In this document: piece after piece, positions 40,714 to 52,627 of the stretch
Layout of the letters: the number at the start of each line of letters is the position of its first letter
How positions within the stretch are numbered: the first letter of the stretch is position 1
Assembly (NCBI RefSeq): GCF_964204645.1
Contig: NC_134034.1
Location: 6,608,914-6,672,913 of the forward strand
Direction of reading: 5' to 3'
Length of the DNA stretch: 64,000 nt
Source of the DNA: Tubulanus polymorphus
Lineage: Eukaryota > Animalia > Nemertea
Position numbers and translations under genes: made by a program
Notes under the pieces: model-generated
What the model was told of the DNA's origin: nothing
What the model saw: only the letters and a program-made list of their open reading frames with translations
The model's database searches: none

Positions 40714-40951
40714 GAGGAGAGAATCCCACAATGATAATAAAAAGTCCGAAAATGAAACTTCGAGATAGTATTTTATTTATGGAAACAGAAATTATGAGAT
40801 ATATATCTCATAATTTCTGTAGTATCTCATTATTCCTGAAGATGACTATTAGGATATAGTCGAAACGTTGAAATAAACTACTATCTCGAAGTTTCATTTT
40901 CGGACTTTTTATTATCATTGTGGGATTCTCTCCTCATCGCGTCAACACGGA
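40714..40951 (+). mobile_element. Penelope-like fragment with an inverted end duplication and a hammerhead core (40836-40870)
   Basis: CTGAAGA-T-GACTAT/TAGGAT/ATAGTC-GAAACGTT; near-identical to the 32042-32195 copy. Confidence 0.72.
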
Positions 40952-41897
40952 TATAGTGTTCTACCAATCGTGAAGTAATGGCTGTACTTTACAAGGATTG
41001 TGGACTCAACTGTTGGAGCCGGACATGTTGTCACGCACAGGACGCATGCTGCAACCATTGTTATATCATCGGACAATTTGCCCGATGTTGTTAGAACCCT
41101 GAGAAGCGAACCCGTCAAAAGTCCGCGAAGAAGAAAATTCGAGATGTGCAGAGGCTTATGATGTTCAATAAGGATAAACAAATTGAAAACCTCCGAATTA
41201 TCATAGAAGGTTTATGCATGAATCTGGGCGAGAATCAGTGGCCAATGATAGTTAGTTCACCAATCGACGTTGGCATCTTAGACTGGGATAATGAGCATTT
41301 GTCTGTGGATATTTTCCAACCGGAGCGACTAGACACATCAAAGCTACTTGAATTCGTGAGTTACGCAGTTTTTAGTGCTATTGAGCATGATCTCAATTTC
41401 GAAATAAATCCCTAATCATGTCACTGATCAGTGCATCTTAGTAGATAATGTGTGTTCTGCTGAGGAAACCGCAGCCGATATTTCTATTCTCGATGCGAAA
41501 ATTCAAAATTTGTGTTCCGTTTGCGATCGATTAAAAAGACATAACTTTTCGGAATAAAAGGAATAGTGTCGTGATTGATTTGATGCTCACTAATTTTTTG
41601 GATACAATCGCGACCATTTCTTAAGCGATATTGAGATGGCAAGTGTGCCAGTAGATTAGTCAATATTTCAATGTCAAATGCCTTGTTTCACATGTAATGT
41701 GAAATACCACGTACCCCTCTGTCTGTTCTTTTTTGTTTTCATATTATATATAGCTTAGATCTCTTAAACAATTTGAGCACTTATGTCTAGTATTGTGGTT
41801 TTTGTTGAGTGTGTAATTGTTTTTATGTTCATTGTGTAATTTGTCATATATTATGTAGTACATGTTTTCTAGATGAGATGAGATTCCGAGTAATTAG

Positions 41898-42352
41898 GTT
41901 TTAAATGATTTTGTAACGTTGTTGGGCTTTATAGTCAACAAGTATTGTTACGTTCGAGATGTGATTTTTTTAAATGATTTTGTAACGTTGTTTGGCTTTA
42001 TAGTCAACAAGTATTGTTACGTTCGAGATACGGTTTTTAAAATGATTTTGTAACGTTGTTGGGCTTTATAGTCAACAAGTATTGTTACGTTCGAGATGTG
42101 GTTTTTTAAAATGATTTTGTAACGTTGTTGGGCTTTATAGTCAACAAGTATTGTTACATTCGAGATACGGTTTTTAAAATGATTTTGTAACGTTGTTGGT
42201 CTTTATAGTCAACAAGTATTGTTACGTTCGAGATGTGGTTTTTTAAAATGATTTTGTAACGTTGTTGGGCTTTATAGTCAACAAGTATTGTTACGTTAGA
42301 GATATGGTTTTTTCTTTAAATTTTGTAACGTTGTTGCGCTTGGTCAACAAGT
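41898..42352. repeat. Tandem array, 68/69-bp unit, about 6.5 copies
   Basis: Unit aaatgattttgtaacgttgttgggctttatagtcaacaagtattgttacgttcgagat(gtg/acg)gttttt. Confidence 0.95.
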
Positions 42353-43644
42353 ATGGTTGGATACTATTGTTTTCTATTTTTTAACATGATTTAACCCTGT
42401 GATAGTTGACTAGGGTTAATCAAATGATGATATAAATATTAATAACGTCTGGGGAAACAAATAAAAAATAAAAATAATGATTTAATGTAGTCTAAGGGAA
42501 TAGTTCAGAAAACATGATTCAGAAACTTGGTATGTAGTGTTGGTGGTTGGAAATATATTTCTAGTCGGAGAGTGGTTGATGGAGGCTGCAGATTCTGTAG
42601 AAACCATACTAAATTTGGTAGGGAGAGATCACGTGGTTGAAACTTGGTAGAGGGAGAGTAGTTAAGTTGGGAAACCGGTAGAGAGGGAGATAGTTCGAAT
42701 TTTGGCAGCCACCAGTATAGTTGTTAGCAGATCCCATGAGATTGCCTAGTTGTTAGCTTATTTTTGGAGAAGTCATCTTTAGAGGCAATCGATCAATGGT
42801 GGAGAACCCAGGCATACCAACAACGTGACCGATAAGAACAGAACGAGTAGAAAGCAACACCCAACATCGACTAAAACGTACAGCTTAGAAAAAGGGATCA
42901 ACGGACGAGAAATCTGAGTAAGTCATCAAATGTGCCGGTATTTAATTTAGAAAGTGACAATAGGGCTTCATCTACAGACTTTTTGTGCCAAATTAGCCAA
43001 TTAAAGGCACAGGTTGCTACTCTGGAAGCGGGAACAACGGTCGCTGCAAACGGGCTAGCTTTTAGGCCCGATGTACACTTTTCTGGGGATGCAGATGAGG
43101 ATATCATCGAATTTGTAAGAATTTTCAATTAAGAGTTTGGGGGATGGAAAAAGAGTAAAGCGCTGGCCGCTTTACCTATGTACTTAAAAGGGCGTGCCAG
43201 AGAGTACTATTATTATTTACGGTCAAACCCTCCGCTTGATACCGGAAAATAAGCTAACAGAACGATCAGAATTATTTAAAGAAAAATTTAAAAACAAGGA
43301 TATGCAATTTGTGACTCAGCAACAATTTTACATGTTGTAGATGAATGAAGGTGAGTCACTTGACTCGTATATTTGGAGGTTACTATACTTGGCTGCTAAA
43401 CTTGAGAAGTCGGGTGAGGACCTGTTACAGCCAAAGTAATAGGGAATGTGTTTTTCTAGATCAAAGGTCGAAAGGTCGAGTGAGTAAAAAATGAAAAATA
43501 AATTCTCGCACGCTCGAATTTATGTTTAATTTTTACTCACTCAACCTCTCAACCTTTAATCTAGAACAACACATTCCCTATTACTCTTAAAATATTAATC
43601 TAATAACTTCTAGAATCAATTTTAATAAAAAATATGTTATTAAA

Positions 43645-43998
43645 ATTGAGGGTAAACAAGTACACAGTGAGAACAGCAAATCATTTCTAGATAGAATAAA
43701 AGATACTACAAATGCTAAATCTGTAGATTATAAATTTAAGAACTTAACAGAATTAACCATTCATAAGAAATATCTTATTACTAATATTGATACAGTTACT
43801 AACAAATATGGAGATAAATTAGTTATCCACTTAGAATATGAAGGATTAAAGGGAAATACATATAAATTCAGAACATAATTACCAGATAGATTTCATAGAT
43901 TATCAAGTGAAGATTTAGAATAATTATGTTCTGGTGATTTCTATTTCATATATAAAGGTAAGGAAGAGAAAGGGAACCATGAAATAGATTTCGAATAA
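43645..43998 (+). pseudogene. Small Polinton protein (TxxYG...YLPxRF...YKG family; possibly OB-fold/SSB-like)
   Basis: 118 codons, ATT at the expected start, one internal TAA at 43921; function is a guess. Confidence 0.5.
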
Positions 43999-44387
43999 TA
44001 TAAGATCAATTTTAATAAAAAGTTTAGTATTAAAATGGAAGCAAATAAGCACTACTGTTCAACATGTAAAATTGATATAGATAAATCTAAAAAATCAAGA
44101 CATGATAAAACTAAAACACATTTAGAGAATAAATTGAAATTAGAATATGAAGATGATATATTCGAAACTAAATTAGATGATTAAAGAATGAAAAAGAAAT
44201 ATATAAATGTGATACGTGTAATCAATCATTCAGTGATAGAAGATATTATAAAGAACATTTAAAATCTAAAAGTCAAATTAGAAATATGAATAATGATATT
44301 TTAGGTGAAGATTATTTTGATAAAGATAATGATAAGAAACAGAAGACAATTAAAAGAATAAACAAGAAAATTAACTTTAATAAATTA

Positions 44388-45495
44388 TTTGACGCCTGCG
44401 AAAAAATGTAGAATTTCTAGTATAAGCTAATGTGGAATTGCAAATTTGAAATCGAAGTTTTAAGAAATTTCGGGAATTATGAGATTTGGCGATTGTGTAG
44501 ATGATACATTCTTCGACTGGTCTAATAAAAAAAAAATTGTCAACTTGTGACTTCGATTCACTTTTGCCTCTAAGCTGGTCTGCAACTTCATTGCCTCCAT
44601 GGTTGAAGAAAGAGCTCTTCTGATGTCTGCTTCATCATGACTTCGAGCATATCGTGTAGCCAGCCAGCCCGGTCCTGGGGCCCGGTCTGGCTGTCACTTG
44701 ATATCCTAGACTTGAGTCTGGGTTGAAGTAGACATTGTCATATAATTAACTTATTCATGTTATTCTGTATGAATTACCCGTGTGTCTTGTATTTTCTTAT
44801 TTTAAAATTTGTAAATGTATTGATTTTTGGAATTTTATCCCAGAATTTCAATGTAATGAGGATAAATAAAGTATTGAATTTAATTGTCACCTTATACACA
44901 TGCCATCAGTGGACGCGGAGCCGTATATGACAGCTATGCTATTATAAATTGCTAATCTCATGAAACCTGCATACGTCTAATATCGAACATATTTTCTAAA
45001 ACATTTGAATATTGAGATTATATGTTTACACGTTTTTATATAGACCGCTTGTAGCCGCCGATGAAATTCACGCCGGCCCAACTCAGATCGTAGATAGCTT
45101 CGTCATTCCACTAGCATCCCCATGTCGGGGTCTGACTTTTATATCAGACTTCCAAATCGTGTATACATCCGCCATTTAACCGAATAATCCGATTTACTTA
45201 TCATTTCTATTTATCCCTGCCGCCCCTGATATAATCATACATCCTTTACTATTACAATACGTCTTCTCATGATATTCAATGCGATATAACATTTCGAGGG
45301 TCAAATAGAGGTCATTATATAATCCCAGGGAGCCATTCTACATCTTTATCAATAATATTTTGCCAAATAGCTTGTATGTGTACACATAAACCTGTGACGT
45401 TTTGCACATCGATTTACGGTTGTCGTTTGTAAAATGACGCTGAATGGTTATCATTGTTTAGGTTTCATAATGGTAACGTTTTATAAGGCGTCAAA
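44388..45495. mobile_element. ~1.1-kb non-coding insertion in pPolB
   Basis: Higher GC than flanks; ends tttgacgcct / aggcgtcaaa. Confidence 0.65.
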
Positions 45496-45933
45496 AAAAT
45501 AAACAATAAAAGACCATAAATGGAAGATGTAAGAAATTATATTTATTCATTAGATAATAAAAAAGAAATAGAAATAACTGGAGCATTCAAAAGTGATATT
45601 GGACCAGCTGCTATCGAGTTTAAATTTCATAAAGGAAAAACATTTGAAGAAAATAAAAAACATTTAGAAAATATGAAAAATATTATAAAAATAATTATGT
45701 GAATACCCTAAAATTAGTATATCTTCTAAAGTTAAATTTAGAAAATATGAAGATAAACCAATATATAAAAAAAATTCTCATTCACAACATTTTATATCTA
45801 AACAACATATAGATGATAGATTAAATAAATGTTATAATGAAATAAAAAGTAAAATAGAGGAGAAATATTTTGAAGGATCAGGTTTAATATTTGATGAAAT
45901 AATATTTATGACTTTAAATGTGTAAAATACAAA

Positions 45934-45934
<1 letters not shown>

Positions 45935-45982
<48 letters not shown>

Positions 45983-46665
45983 TTATTTACTTATTAAGCG
46001 CATTTCTATAAAACATAATCATTGCACTTCACATTATTAAAACATATAAGACAGAAGCAGATTAAAACACTAATTGTACAGGTTTCTAAAATAAAAAGTT
46101 TTTAAACGTGATTTAAAACATGAGACAGTTGGACTTTCACGAATTTCCTGTGGTAAGACATTCCATAAAGTTGGTGCCATGAAAGTAAAAGCTTTACGTC
46201 CAGCAACACGACTGTTATTAAGTTTAACTTAAATTGTTGGGTCATTGCTAGATCTAAGAGGTCGACTTGGAACATACCTAGTTAAAAGACTCTGCAAGTA
46301 CACTGGAGCAGTACCATTAAAACATTTATAGACAATTAATAACATTTTAAAATTTACTCTATCTAAAATGGGCAGCCAGTGCAAATCACGTAAAATAGGA
46401 GTAATATGGTCATTTTTTCTAGCCCTAGCAATTAGGCGAGCAGCATTATTCATGCATTATTCAAGTTGCAGTTTTTTAATATAAGACGCAGATGTACCAG
46501 CCAACAGAGAGTTTGCATAGTCTAGCCTGGAAATCACTAAAGATTTGACAGCATTTTTACACGATTGGTCATCCAGAAGGTGACGAATTGATATTATTGA
46601 TTATTGATATGATCTGACATCGACATGTCCTGGTCAAACAACACCCCTAGATTATAGGGGTGTTG
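45935..46665 (-). mobile_element. L2-clade LINE 3' fragment with a (TAA)n tail, inserted in pPolB
   Basis: SRLDYANSLL, NNAARLI, HITPILRDLHWLP, PSRPLRS; microsatellite 45935-45982. Confidence 0.9.
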
Positions 46666-49600
46666 TTACTTATTTTGTAATAAGTTAACTAAATCGAAAC
46701 CAATTGATGAAAATAATTTATCATATTATAAAGATGATAATATAAATGGATCAAGTTATATCAAATTACCATTTAAAACTCTGATAAATGTTTTCTATGG
46801 TCAATTATAAGTTGTTTACATCCTGCAACTGATAATAATTGTACAGTATCAAATTATGAACCATTTGAAAATAATTCTAAGATAGATAATTACCCTGTTA
46901 GAATTAAAAATATCCCAAAAATAGAAAGAGATAATAATATAAACATAAATGTGTTTGATTGAGTCAAATTACCAAAAACAAAAGGTAACAATATCAAACA
47001 TTATACATTAGAACCTCTGTATTTATCAAAAGATTATGATTCAAATGATGTTATAGATATATTATATTATGAGAATCATTATATGTGGATTAAAAGAATT
47101 GATTTATTTTTCAAATCAGAAAATGATTTTGATAATAAAATATATCTATGTAGAAAATGTATAACTAAATTCAGAACTGAAAGGGCATTATTAAATCATA
47201 AGCAATTATGTGAAAATCATGATTATTGTAAAATAGTTTAACCAAATGAAAAGGATAAAGTATTAGAATTCAAAAAATATAATTACAAGAATAAAGTACC
47301 ATTTGTAATATATGGAGATTTTGAATCACTAAATAAGGAATAAGAAATATATCATAAAAGAAAGAAATTAAATTCTAATTCTGAAAATCACGTAATTGAT
47401 TATTCAGATCCTCTAATAACAAATACTATTAAAAAGATTCATCAAAGTGCTGCAGCTTTTGGATTATATATGAAATCTGATTATCCAGAACTAATCAAAA
47501 GTGAATATTATCATTATAGAAATGAAAATGTTATCAATCATTTTTGTGACTTATTAATTGAATATGAAATAAAATTCAATGAAAAGTTAAATGAAAAAAA
47601 AGAAATAATTATGACAGAAGAAGATAAAGAAGAATCCGCAGATAAATGTTATTATTGTGAAAAGATATTTAATTATAAAAAAGAGACCATAATCATTTGA
47701 ATGGAAAGTTTAGAGGCGCAGCACATGAGAATTGTAATTTAAAAGCTAAGAAAATTAACTTTGTTATAACTTTGAAATATAACTATATTTCATAATTTAT
47801 CAGGGTATGATCCACAATTATTCATCAAGCAACTGTGCCATAAAATAGAAGAAATCAATTCTGAAATTGAAAGAGTAAATTCATATAGATCAAAAGATAA
47901 AATACCAACAGATAAATTTAAAATTTTAGCTAAAACATCTGAGAATTAAATATCTTTCCAATTTGGGTGTCTAAGATTTATAGATTCATATAGGTTTCTA
48001 GGTAGTTCATTAGATAATTTATCAAAATCATTAGTTGATGATGAATTAAAAATATTAAAGCAACACTATCCAAATAATGACGATTTTCGATTAATGAGAT
48101 ATAAGGGAGCAATTCTATATTCATTTTATAAATGGCATAATGATTTCAATATAATTGAATTATTAAAAGAACAATTCTATGATGAATTAAAAAATTAGTA
48201 TGTTAAAGATGAAGGCTATGATAGAACATTGAATATTTGGAATCATTTCAAAATAGAAAATCATAGACAATTAGTAGATTTATATTTAAAATCAGATGTA
48301 TCATTATTATCTGATATTTTTGAAAGGTTAGAGATGTAAATCTGAAATATTTCAATATTGATCCATGTCATTGTTATTCATCACCAGGAATAACTTGGGA
48401 TTGTGGTTTAAAATTTACAGATATAAAAATGGATTTGTTTACAAATATAGATCAATTATTATTATTTGAAAAATCTATAAGAGGGGGAGTTTCAGGTGTA
48501 TTAGGTGATAGATATTTCAATGTAAATGATAATCCTGGATATAAGTTATTATATATAGATGCAAATAATCTATATGGTTGGGCAATGATGGAACCTCAAC
48601 CTTATGGGGTATTTGAAATAACTGAAGTTTAACAACATGAAAATAATGACAAATTTGATTGGAAGAAAAGAATTCTAGATATTGCAAATGATTCAGAGAA
48701 TGGAAACTTTTTCGTTGTAGACTTGGAATACCCTGAAGATAAAAAAGTTTAATCTAGAAATCTAGCATACTGTCCCGAACATCAAACTGTAACATGAAGA
48801 ATTATCAAATTACCAAAAAAGAATTAAACCTGAAAATAATATTCATACAGAATAGTTAATGGTAACTCAGGAAGATAAATATAATTATGAAGTGCATTAT
48901 AGAATGTTGAAGTTTTATCTAAATCAAGGAATGGTTCTAAAAAAAGTACATAGATATATTTCATTCAGTCAATCTAAATGGTTAGAAAAATATATAGATT
49001 TTAATACCAAACAGAGAACTAAAGCTAAAACCGATTTTGAGAAAGATTTCTTCAAGTTAATGAATAATGCATTTTATGGTAAGACTTGTGAAAATATCAG
49101 AAATAGAAATGATATTGAGTTAGTCAGTAATGGTAAAAGAATTAGGCATTTACAAACATATCCTAAATTTATTGGTAACAGAATATTTGATAAAAATTTA
49201 GCTGCAGTTAAAATGAGAAGAACTTCTATGAAATTTAATAAACCAATTTATGTTGGAGCATCAGTTTTAGAAATATCAAAACTATTAATGTATGAATTCT
49301 ATTATCACGTATTACATCCTCATTTTGTAGAAAAGCACATAGAAATCTTATATTTTGATACCGACAGTTACATATTAAAGATGAAAACTAATAACATAAC
49401 AGATGATTTAAAAACATTAAAACATCCTTTCGATTTCAGTAATTATCCTAAAAATCATGAATTGTTTAGCAATGATAATAAAAGTGCCTGGTAAATTCAA
49501 AGATGAATTAGGTGGTGAAGAAATGATAGAATTTATAGGTATAAGATCTAAAATGTATTCGTATAAAACCAAAACTCATGAAGCTAAAAAGTTAAAAGGA

Positions 49601-49922
49601 ATTACTAAAAGTGTAGTAGAAAAGAATATTAATTTCAAAGATTCGATTACATCAATTGTATATTTAATGAAGAAGTTAGAAAATATAAGATGAAATGTTT
49701 AAGATCTGAGTACCACGAGATGCTTATTGAAGAAATGGAAAAGGTTAGTCTAAATCCATTTGACGATAAAATATATATTCTGGATGATGGTATACACACA
49801 GTTGCTTATGGTTGCAATTTAGAAGAATACTTAAGATTTAAAAGAGAAGAAACAAAAAAGAATGAGAATATGAACAGGATTATAATGTGTTAATCAAATT
49901 TTAATAAAAATATGTATCATAA

Positions 49923-50710
49923 ATGGAAAGTACACAAACTATCAATATAAACAATAATGGTGTTGTAAATATATATCAGAAGACATGTTGCATATGTAAA
50001 AAAAGTAAACCAATTACAGAATATTATAATCATAAAACTAAGAAAGATGGTAAACAAACATATTGCAAAAGCTGTACTAAACTATATAATAAAAAATTTA
50101 TTGAAAATAATCCAAATTATCCAACAGAATATTATATGGATAATATTGAAAAATTCAAAGTTAAAAATAAAAAATGGAGAGAAAATCATCGAGATTATAA
50201 AACAGAATATATGAGGGAATGGAGGGATAATAATCGTGAACATTATAAAGAATATATTAATAATTATCAAAAAGAAAGGCGCCGAACAGATTTTAATTTT
50301 AAATTGAAAAAATATCTAAGTTCTACATTATCAAATTTATTTAGTAAAGACAAACACTCAGAAACACTATCTAGTTTATTGGGTTGTTCAGATGAATTTC
50401 TAAAATCCTGGATAATATATCAATTTGATGATAAAATGAATATAGATAATTATGTAAATACTTTCATATTGATCACGTGTTACCAATATCGAAATTCAAC
50501 ATGAATGATGAATACAATCAGAAACTAATCTGGAGCTGGAAGAATCTAAGACCACTCGAAAAGAAAGAACATTTGATTAAACATAGCAAACTAGATTTAC
50601 AGTTATATGTGGATCAATTAGATAAAGCAAAGAAATTTATTGAATTATGGAACAATGATCCAAATAATGAACAAAACGTTGAGGAATTTAATATCGAGGA
50701 TTCGAAATGA
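49923..50710 (+). pseudogene. Zn-finger + HNH-type endonuclease (frameshift near 50460)
   Basis: CxxCK..K...Y...CKxC N-terminus; LGCS..FL..W...QF...M..DNY, HIDH.LPIS, WKNLRPL. Confidence 0.75.
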
Positions 50711-51015
50711 CTTGTCTGGATAGTAATAGTAACTGCTCCCATAGATAGACAAAAGTAGTGAGATATTTTAAATCCTAAGCATTAAAAATTACATATCTTC
50801 AACTAGCCATTATTGCTATTCTTAATTTTTTTCAAAATCTATTATTTCTTTTCAAAAGCAGAATACTTTATATTTTGATAAGATTTGAATAAAAATTCTT
50901 TAACTTTAACTAAGCTAGTCAATTTAGTATTAACCTAAAGAGCTACTAGTATTAACCTAAAGAGTTTTTAGTATCATTTGAATAATATTTTTTATCGCTT
51001 TTTTCTCTAATATAA

Positions 51016-51537
51016 ATGTCAAAGAAATCGAGTAAAAATAATACCGATATTGAAAAGACAATTGAGGATTTAGGTATTACAGATAATAAAGATACAATTG
51101 TTCTCAAGTTGATTATAATATTGATTATGATTACTATTTGACGTTTAGCACCATCTTGAACTATTGATTGCTGGTGGAAAATCTAAGGATTTCTTGGGGA
51201 AAATTATAACTTTTCAAGAATTAGATGCCATGAAACCAGATAAAGTAATAAAACATTTCAAGCTAGATTAGCTAGAATAAACGATTCTATTTCCGGTGGT
51301 AATATAAAATGTTACTCGAAATTATGTAACCGGATAATACCAATTGATGATGAAAATAAATTATATAGTGATTTCAAAAATGATTCTTTAGTTATGACAG
51401 AATTACAGAAATGGGTTGGATACGCTTCATTCCAATTAGGTGGAATAATGACATTGATTTCTACTGGAGTTATAACATTTTCAAATATTAAACCTATAGA
51501 ATGTAAAGATAAAAGTAAATCAGAAGATATTGAATAA
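51016..51537 (+). pseudogene. Polinton hypothetical protein with a hydrophobic C-terminus
   Basis: TAAATG start; frameshifted reading GKSKDFLGK...QELD..., ending GGIMTLISTGVITF. Confidence 0.5.
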
Positions 51538-51559
51538 GAACAAAAATTTACTAAAATAA

Positions 51560-51922
51560 ATGAGTGATGATATTAAGAAAAAGCCTAGATCTGAGAAACA
51601 AATTAAATGGGCTAGGGAATTAGGTAAAAGATCTTCAGAATTAAAAAGAGCTAAGAAAAAGAAATTAACTGATATAAATGAATCACAGAAATTATCTGTT
51701 ATTGATTCGAATGATAATCCATCTAATTCTTCTAATGCTGGAAGTAGTAATAAATTATATATTACAATTGGATTAGTTACAGTTATTATATTTTCTGGTG
51801 TAATATATAAATATAAATTCAAATCTAATAATAATGATTCCGATGATAAACCTATTATACCAGAAAATAAGTCAAATGATAAAACCATTGAATCTAAATC
51901 AAGATTATTATTAATGGATTAA
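51560..51922 (+). CDS. Basic protein with a single predicted TM helix (120 aa, intact)
   Basis: KKPRSEKQIKWARELGK N-terminus; LYITIGLVTVIIFSGVIY. Confidence 0.65.
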   Translation: MSDDIKKKPRSEKQIKWARELGKRSSELKRAKKKKLTDINESQKLSVIDSNDNPSNSSNAGSSNKLYITIGLVTVIIFSGVIYKYKFKSNNNDSDDKPIIPENKSNDKTIESKSRLLLMD

Positions 51923-51928
51923 AATAAG

Positions 51929-52627
51929 ATGAAAAAGGAACAATATTTAAGAGATTTATATTATAACCCAGAGAGTGAAGTATCATATTCTAGTGTTTCA
52001 GAATTATGAGATAAAATTAAATCTGATAAAGAAAATATAAAATATAGTGAATTAAGATTATGGTTACAAAATCAACCAACATATCAAATCCACAAGAAAA
52101 TGGATAAGAATTATTTAACAAAAAAGTTATGGTTTCATATATCGATCGACATTGGCAAGCAGATTTGATTGACATGAAAAACTTAGAGGAATATAACAAG
52201 CAAGAAAAGAAGATAATTCAGAAATAGTATGGAATAATTTATATGGAGCATTTGTTACACATGATTTTGGAGAACCTAAATTTAAAATTGGACAACATGT
52301 AAGAATATCTAAATATCGAAAAACATTTTATAAAGGTTATACACCAAATTTCACTGAAGAAATATTTAAAATTATTATTATTTAAAAAGATAATATTAAC
52401 TAAACCTTTTCTTTATAAATTAGTAGATTTCAAAGATGAAGAAATATTAGGTTATTTCTATGAACAAGAATTATCACTTGTACCAAATCCAGATGAAATA
52501 GAATATAAAATAGAAAAAGTATTAATAACAAAAACTCTTAAAGGAAAAAAGTATTCTTAAGTGAAATATACATGGTATGATGATAAATTTAATGAATGGA
52601 TTTTATCTAATAAAATCAAAAGAATAA
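51929..52627 (+). pseudogene. Polinton retroviral-type integrase with C-terminal chromodomain; catalytic core deleted
   Basis: LYYNP..SYSS, WLQNQPTY, WQADLIDM, PKFKIGQHVRISK, KGYTPNFTEEIF, GYFYEQEL, YKIEKVL..VK..YDDKFNEWI. Confidence 0.9.

Larger units (their letters stand above)
40270..43432 (+). mobile_element. Gypsy-like LTR element, 5' half (LTR, PBS, long leader, gag fragment)
   Basis: LTR-like segment with AATAAA ending ttaca at 40632; PBS tggtggagaacccgggca (tRNA-Ala-like); gag FSGDADEDI...LPMYLKGRAREYY...GESLDSY at 42.9-43.4 kb. Confidence 0.78.
44035..49893 (+). pseudogene. Protein-primed family B DNA polymerase (pPolB) with N-terminal zinc fingers and an endonuclease VII-like insert; interrupted twice
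   Basis: YCSTC..RH..TKTH; YGDFESL; DHNHLNGKFRGAAHENCNL; FHNLSGYD; FIDSYRFL; YLKSDV; IRGGVS; YIDANNLYGWAM; KLMNNAFYGKT; YFDTDS; PGKFKDE; KMYSY; PFDDK. Confidence 0.95.

Noticed and set aside
41898-42352. CRISPR-like array
   Set aside because: Units are contiguous with no unique spacers, there are no cas genes, and the context is eukaryotic.
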